Part shown: in pieces, positions 27,984 through 32,000 of the stretch
How positions within the stretch are numbered: the first letter of the stretch is position 1
How the letters are laid out: the number at the start of each line of letters is the position of its first letter
Source: Promethearchaeum syntrophicum
Lineage (GTDB): Archaea > Asgardarchaeota > Lokiarchaeia > Sigyniarchaeales > Promethearchaeaceae
NCBI RefSeq assembly: GCF_008000775.2
Contig: NZ_CP042905.2
Coordinates: forward strand, 1,800,001 to 1,832,000
Direction: 5' to 3'
Length of the DNA stretch: 32,000 nt
The notes under the pieces: model-generated
What the model saw: the letters and a program-made list of their open reading frames with translations, nothing else
What the model was told of the DNA's origin: nothing
Database searches by the model: none
Position numbers and translations under genes: made by a program

Positions 27984-28631
27984 ATGGTAAAGGTTCCTGT
28001 GGGCGAAAAGGTTGAAATAAATCTTTGGGATTCGGACAAGAAACGCGGAATTGCTAAATATTTTTCGAGTACGATGGATCTTGTAAGAGCAGAAAGTGAA
28101 TTTGAACTTAATCCCGGGGATACTGCAGTGGTAGTAGAATCTTATGATAGTTTTATCGTTGTAGTGCCAGAAGATGACTATACAAAGTTATTAAGTGGAA
28201 AGAATATTGAAAATATTGATCCTGTTGGCTTAAATAGACAAATTTATAAAATCTTAAAGGAAAGAATGAAAGAAACCGGTGGAATTCTATCCCTTGATGA
28301 ATTATGGTCTATTTTAAATCGAACTTCGATCCAAAACATATTAGATAAAAAAGATCTTAAAAAAGCCATTAACATAAAAGATAGTCCGTTCGATAGAATA
28401 AAGGTCGAAGGGAGGGTATATATAGCTCTTCGTCCCCAAGAAAATATGGAAGATATAAAATTAATAGTGAAATTTGGGAGAGAAGCATCATTTCTAACGA
28501 AAAATCTAATTCGCACTTCCTTTAATTGGTCAGATTTACGTATAGAACGTTTACTTTGGTACTTAATAGATCAAGGGTCCTGCAGGATTGAAAATCAATT
28601 CAGAACGGGTACTCGTTATTATTTTTTATAA
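27984..28631 (+). CDS. Probable ESCRT-II-like EAP30-domain (Vps22/Vps36-like) protein
   Basis: C-terminal two winged-helix pattern: GGILSLDELWSILNR...LDKKDLKKAI...FDRIKVEGRVYIALRPQENMEDIKLIVKFGREASFLTKNLIRTSFNWSDLRIERLLWYLIDQGSCRIENQFRTGTRYYF. SD-like GAGGTGA at 27972-27978 supports ATG at 27984. Confidence 0.65.
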   Translation: MVKVPVGEKVEINLWDSDKKRGIAKYFSSTMDLVRAESEFELNPGDTAVVVESYDSFIVVVPEDDYTKLLSGKNIENIDPVGLNRQIYKILKERMKETGGILSLDELWSILNRTSIQNILDKKDLKKAINIKDSPFDRIKVEGRVYIALRPQENMEDIKLIVKFGREASFLTKNLIRTSFNWSDLRIERLLWYLIDQGSCRIENQFRTGTRYYFL

Positions 28632-28870
28632 ATAGAAGTAATTAAAAAAATGATTGATTAACTCTGCCGCCTTGTTAATCTTTGATAATACTTTGAATGG
28701 AAATTTATTTTTAACACATGATATTATACTTTTATTCTTGAATTTTTTTATTGTTAACATCTCTAAATATTATTTTTTAATAAAAAATTGATTCATATTT
28801 TTCAATTTACTCAAAGAAATTCAATAAAAAGTGATATTATAATTATATAGGTTGAAAAAACAATAATTAT

Positions 28871-28890
28871 CCATAAATTATTTTTTATGG
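28871..28890. promoter_or_regulatory. Small perfect inverted repeat ccataaa-N6-tttatgg upstream of the kinase gene
   Basis: ccataaattattttttatgg; 7-bp perfect arms, 27 bp upstream of the ATG at 28918. Confidence 0.3.
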
Positions 28891-28917
28891 AAAGCAAAAC
28901 CCGTAGGATGACCTATA

Positions 28918-30978
28918 ATGAACAAGCATTTCACAATTTTTGCAGTAGTTCTTACAATGTTAACGCTCAACTTTGGCTTAATTGAGGTAGCAGAAAGTGT
29001 GTCTGATCAAACTGAAACGTTAAAGTATGGGGTAGATCCTGGTTGGCCTCCAGGGGAATTTGTTGAGGATGGGAAAGTCAAGGGATTTGATGTAGATTTG
29101 GTACAATTAATCGGGGATTATATGGATTGTGAGGTGGAATATTATCCGATGGATTGGAACGATGTGTTAGAATCAGTAAAAAATGGTTCATTGGATATAT
29201 TATGCGCGACAGATACCCCTGAACGTCGTGAGTTTTTTGATTTTAGCAAACCGATTTTAAATCTTTCTAATCGAATTTTTGTAAATGAGAAGGTTGTGGG
29301 CATTTCTAATGTAAATGATTTGGCAAATCATACTGTAGCGGTAGTGAAGGAATATGCAACTCATGTATATCTTGAAGAGAATGTACAAGATGTGCACATT
29401 GTTGTTGTAGAAAATGTTGAAGAAGGTTTAGAGATGCTAGTAAACGGGGAAGTGTTTGCACTTTTTGATGAGATGCATATTGTTTCATATTACATTCAAG
29501 AGCATAATTATGAAAATCTTAAGGTGATTGGAGATGAATTGGTATTTGGACCGTTTTGTATTGCTGTGAAGAAGGGAAATTCAAGTTTACTCGAAAAAAT
29601 AAATTCAGAAATTGATAATATTTTTGAAGCTGGTGAATATGACAGAATATATGAAAAATGGTTTGGAACTAGTTTCACCTCGGGCCCGTTCTCATGGGAA
29701 ACCATTATAGTAATTTCTATTATAGTTTGTGTCTTAGCAAGTGGTTTAGGGATTGTCAGTCTATGGAACAGAACTTTAAAAAAACGAGTTAATGAGAAAA
29801 CAATTGAGCTGAAAATGGCTCAAAATGAATTATTGCAATCTCAGAAGATGGAAGCCATTGGTCAATTTGCAGGGGGTATTGCACATGATTTTAACAATGT
29901 CTTAACAGTAATACTTGGGTTATCAAATTTAACAATAGATTCTCTAAGAGATGAAAATGAAGAAATAAATAGAAATGAACTTATAAAAAATCTTGAAGAT
30001 GTCTTAAGAGCGGGAGATAGGGCTGCAAAGCTGACAAAGGACGTACTCACTTTCAGTAGAAAACAAGTTTTCCAATCGCAAATCGTGAACCTTAATAAAT
30101 TACTTAAAAATAATAAGGATATGTTAGCGAGGGTGTTGGGGGAAAATATTTCTTTTAATTTAAAACTGGATCAGGAGAATAAAAGCATTGAAATTGATCC
30201 AAACCAGATGTCATTGGTTATCTTGAATATGGCAATTAATTCACGTGATGCAATGCCAAATGGGGGAGATTTTACAATAGAAACTTCTAGAACTTATTTA
30301 TCAAAAGGATTAAAAGGTTTTAACTTAAAACCAGGAAATTATATTAAGATTTCATTACGGGACACGGGCATTGGAATGGATGAAACTCACAAGCAGCATT
30401 TGTTTGAACCATTCTTTACAACTAAAGAAAAAGGGAAAGGAACAGGGTTAGGATTATCGATTGCGTTTGGAATCATAAAACAATACCATGGGGAAATAAA
30501 AGTAGAATCAAAATTAGGAACGGGAACTGTTTTTCATATTTATCTTCCAGAGATTGATGTGATCGATCCTCAAGATGATGAGATTATACTAAAAAAACAA
30601 GAAACTCTGAATGGGAAAGAAACTATTTTACTTGTGGAAGATGAAGAAATGGTTAGGAAATTTGCGTTTAGAGTATTAAATTCTCATGGTTATAATTGTT
30701 TGGAAGCTAAAAGTCCAAAAGAAGCCATTAAAATTTCACAAGAATATCATGAGAAAATTGATTTATTATTGAGTGATGTAATAATGCCAGATTTTTCTGG
30801 GCTTGAACTTAAGAAGAAAATTGAAAAGAGACATCCCGATATGATAATATTGTTTATTTCAGGTTATGATGCAAACATAATAAGCAATAATGGAGAATTA
30901 GAAGTGGGTATTAATCTACTTAAAAAACCGTTTTCATCAATTGAATTATTAGAGAGAATTCATTTATTACTAAATTAA
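28918..30978 (+). CDS. Hybrid sensor histidine kinase: signal peptide, SBP_bac_3-type extracellular sensor, TM, HisKA, HATPase_c, C-terminal receiver
   Basis: YGVDPGWPPGEFVEDGKVKGFDVDLVQLIGDYM...; TM ITIVISIIVCVLASGLGIVSLW region; H-box EAIGQFAGGIAHDFNNVL; GTGIGMDETHKQHLFEPFFTTKEKGKGTGLGLS; receiver TILLVEDEEMVRKF...LLLSDVIMPDFSGLEL...KPF. Confidence 0.94.
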   Translation: MNKHFTIFAVVLTMLTLNFGLIEVAESVSDQTETLKYGVDPGWPPGEFVEDGKVKGFDVDLVQLIGDYMDCEVEYYPMDWNDVLESVKNGSLDILCATDTPERREFFDFSKPILNLSNRIFVNEKVVGISNVNDLANHTVAVVKEYATHVYLEENVQDVHIVVVENVEEGLEMLVNGEVFALFDEMHIVSYYIQEHNYENLKVIGDELVFGPFCIAVKKGNSSLLEKINSEIDNIFEAGEYDRIYEKWFGTSFTSGPFSWETIIVISIIVCVLASGLGIVSLWNRTLKKRVNEKTIELKMAQNELLQSQKMEAIGQFAGGIAHDFNNVLTVILGLSNLTIDSLRDENEEINRNELIKNLEDVLRAGDRAAKLTKDVLTFSRKQVFQSQIVNLNKLLKNNKDMLARVLGENISFNLKLDQENKSIEIDPNQMSLVILNMAINSRDAMPNGGDFTIETSRTYLSKGLKGFNLKPGNYIKISLRDTGIGMDETHKQHLFEPFFTTKEKGKGTGLGLSIAFGIIKQYHGEIKVESKLGTGTVFHIYLPEIDVIDPQDDEIILKKQETLNGKETILLVEDEEMVRKFAFRVLNSHGYNCLEAKSPKEAIKISQEYHEKIDLLLSDVIMPDFSGLELKKKIEKRHPDMIILFISGYDANIISNNGELEVGINLLKKPFSSIELLERIHLLLN

Positions 30979-31057
30979 CCTAGTAATAAATTAAATTTCA
31001 ATTTCTTTTTAAATTCCTTTTTCTTAAATAAATTATAAGAATTTTGGTGAGATTTTA

Positions 31058-31306
31058 ATGTCTAATGATGCAAGTAAACAAGCGATTGAATTTTTTGTTA
31101 AACGCGGGGATTTAGCAAATACTACAGCAGATCATCATGTGCGTGATAATGAATTTGCAAAGGGAGTAAAATTATATCATCAAGCATATAGTTTTTATAA
31201 GAAAGCACTTCAAAGTATGCCAGATGATGAAGAATTGAAGCAGAAATTGGAAAATGTTCGGGAAAAATACCAGAATGCAAAGGAAAAAGATAAACTTAAA
31301 GGATAG
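31058..31306 (+). CDS. Small helical protein with one TPR/MIT-like helical hairpin
   Basis: EFAKGVKLYHQAYSFYKKALQSMPDDEELKQKLENVREKYQNAKEK. Confidence 0.65.
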   Translation: MSNDASKQAIEFFVKRGDLANTTADHHVRDNEFAKGVKLYHQAYSFYKKALQSMPDDEELKQKLENVREKYQNAKEKDKLKG

Positions 31307-31331
31307 CTGTATCAATGATATTTTTTTTATT

Positions 31332-31715
31332 TTAGAAAAATTGTTCCTCTAATTGGTTTTTAAAATAAGTGAAGAAAGTTAAATCTCCCTCCCATTTCTC
31401 GATTATAATCGAGAATTCTTCGAGAAACATGTCTCTAATTTTTTGCAGTTGCTTTCTAATTGCACTATCTTTTTCTTTGGTTTTTGAACGACCGATAACA
31501 AAAAATGGAATTGGCTTCTTGACTGGGATTATCATGATTTTTGAATTTCTCATTTTTATAGCGTCGATAGAGTCTTCTGCCAAGTTTTGAACAGCCGACA
31601 TGAATCCTGAAAAGATCATTGGGTTTATACCTTCACCAATATCCTTAGATTTAGCCGATAGGTAAGGTAAACCGTTTTTATTAATGATCCATAGTTCTTC
31701 TAGTTTTAACGCCAT
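31332..31715 (-). CDS. Longin/roadblock-like small protein of the kind common in Asgard archaea
   Basis: LEELWIINKNGLPYLSAKSKDIGEGINPMIFSGFMSAVQNLAEDSIDAIKMRNSKIMIIP...PFFVIGRSKTKEKDSAIRKQLQKIRDMFLEEF. Confidence 0.55.
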   Translation of the reverse strand: MALKLEELWIINKNGLPYLSAKSKDIGEGINPMIFSGFMSAVQNLAEDSIDAIKMRNSKIMIIPVKKPIPFFVIGRSKTKEKDSAIRKQLQKIRDMFLEEFSIIIEKWEGDLTFFTYFKNQLEEQFF

Positions 31716-31774
31716 ATAGTGCCCCGTTTTTTAATTATTAAAAAATTTTGTACCAAATTGGCTAAAAAAGTGTG

Positions 31775-32000
31775 CTAATTCGAATCTATATCAATATCTA
31801 TAATCTTAACTTCTCTCACACGTTGTACGTGTAAAAACTCATCTCTAACTTTTTCAATTGAGATATTTTTTTCACGCAGTGTGGCTGCATCAATATAAGT
31901 TTCATAAAAGCAGTTTATAGCTTCAAAACATAATCCTGTTGTGTGAATTGTCCCAATATCTAAATTGAATTTCTTGAGTACATCAGAAATTCCTTTAACT
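31775..32000 (-). CDS. C-terminal part of a hypothetical protein, truncated by window edge
   Basis: Open frame from the window end to TAG (complement 31775-31777): VKGISDVLKKFNLDIGTIHTTGLCFEAINCFYETYIDAATLREKNISIEKVRDEFLHVQRVREVKIIDIDIDSN*. Confidence 0.65.
   Translation of the reverse strand, partial: VKGISDVLKKFNLDIGTIHTTGLCFEAINCFYETYIDAATLREKNISIEKVRDEFLHVQRVREVKIIDIDIDSN

Noticed and set aside
29306-30050. Minus-strand ORFs at 29306-29488, 29508-29705, 29862-30050
   Set aside because: Antisense to the histidine kinase gene; no recognisable motifs.
1-32000. CRISPR array, tRNA, rRNA, transposase or integrase
   Set aside because: No regularly spaced direct repeats, no recognisable tRNA cloverleaf or rRNA segments, and no transposase/integrase motifs in the ORF translations. 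This was visual inspection only; tRNAscan-SE, Rfam and CRISPR finder runs would settle it.

Overview
This 32 kb window is AT-rich, gene-dense and predominantly protein-coding. It most likely comes from an Asgard (Lokiarchaeia-like) archaeon. That assignment is an inference from an MglA-like GTPase, roadblock/longin-like small proteins, a probable ESCRT-II EAP30-domain protein and cofE; no rRNA or marker phylogeny was available. Main blocks, left to right: (1) a purine operon on the minus strand, purSL-purQ-purF, with purC and a MazG-like pyrophosphatase nearby; (2) a translationally overlapping FolP-like / CofE-FolC2-like pair; (3) a bacterial-type gyrB-gyrA operon with an unusual GyrB N-terminus, an acidic insert and non-canonical residues at GyrA quinolone positions; (4) an LpxL-like acyltransferase; (5) an accessory stretch of about 19.4-26.2 kb containing a two-gene unit (C-terminally membrane-anchored protein plus a 940-aa SIR2-domain protein) that is a candidate uncharacterised NAD-dependent defence system, followed by an intact RelE/ParE-type toxin-antitoxin pair, a methyltransferase, an MglA-like GTPase and a second TA locus with a degenerate toxin; (6) an SPFH/flotillin-like protein followed by a two-winged-helix protein whose C-terminal half matches the EAP30 (Vps22/Vps36) ESCRT-II pattern; (7) a hybrid sensor histidine kinase and small longin-like and TPR/MIT-like proteins. 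No tRNA, rRNA or CRISPR array was recognised. The best candidates for previously undescribed biology are the SIR2 plus membrane protein pair and the SPFH-EAP30 pair.
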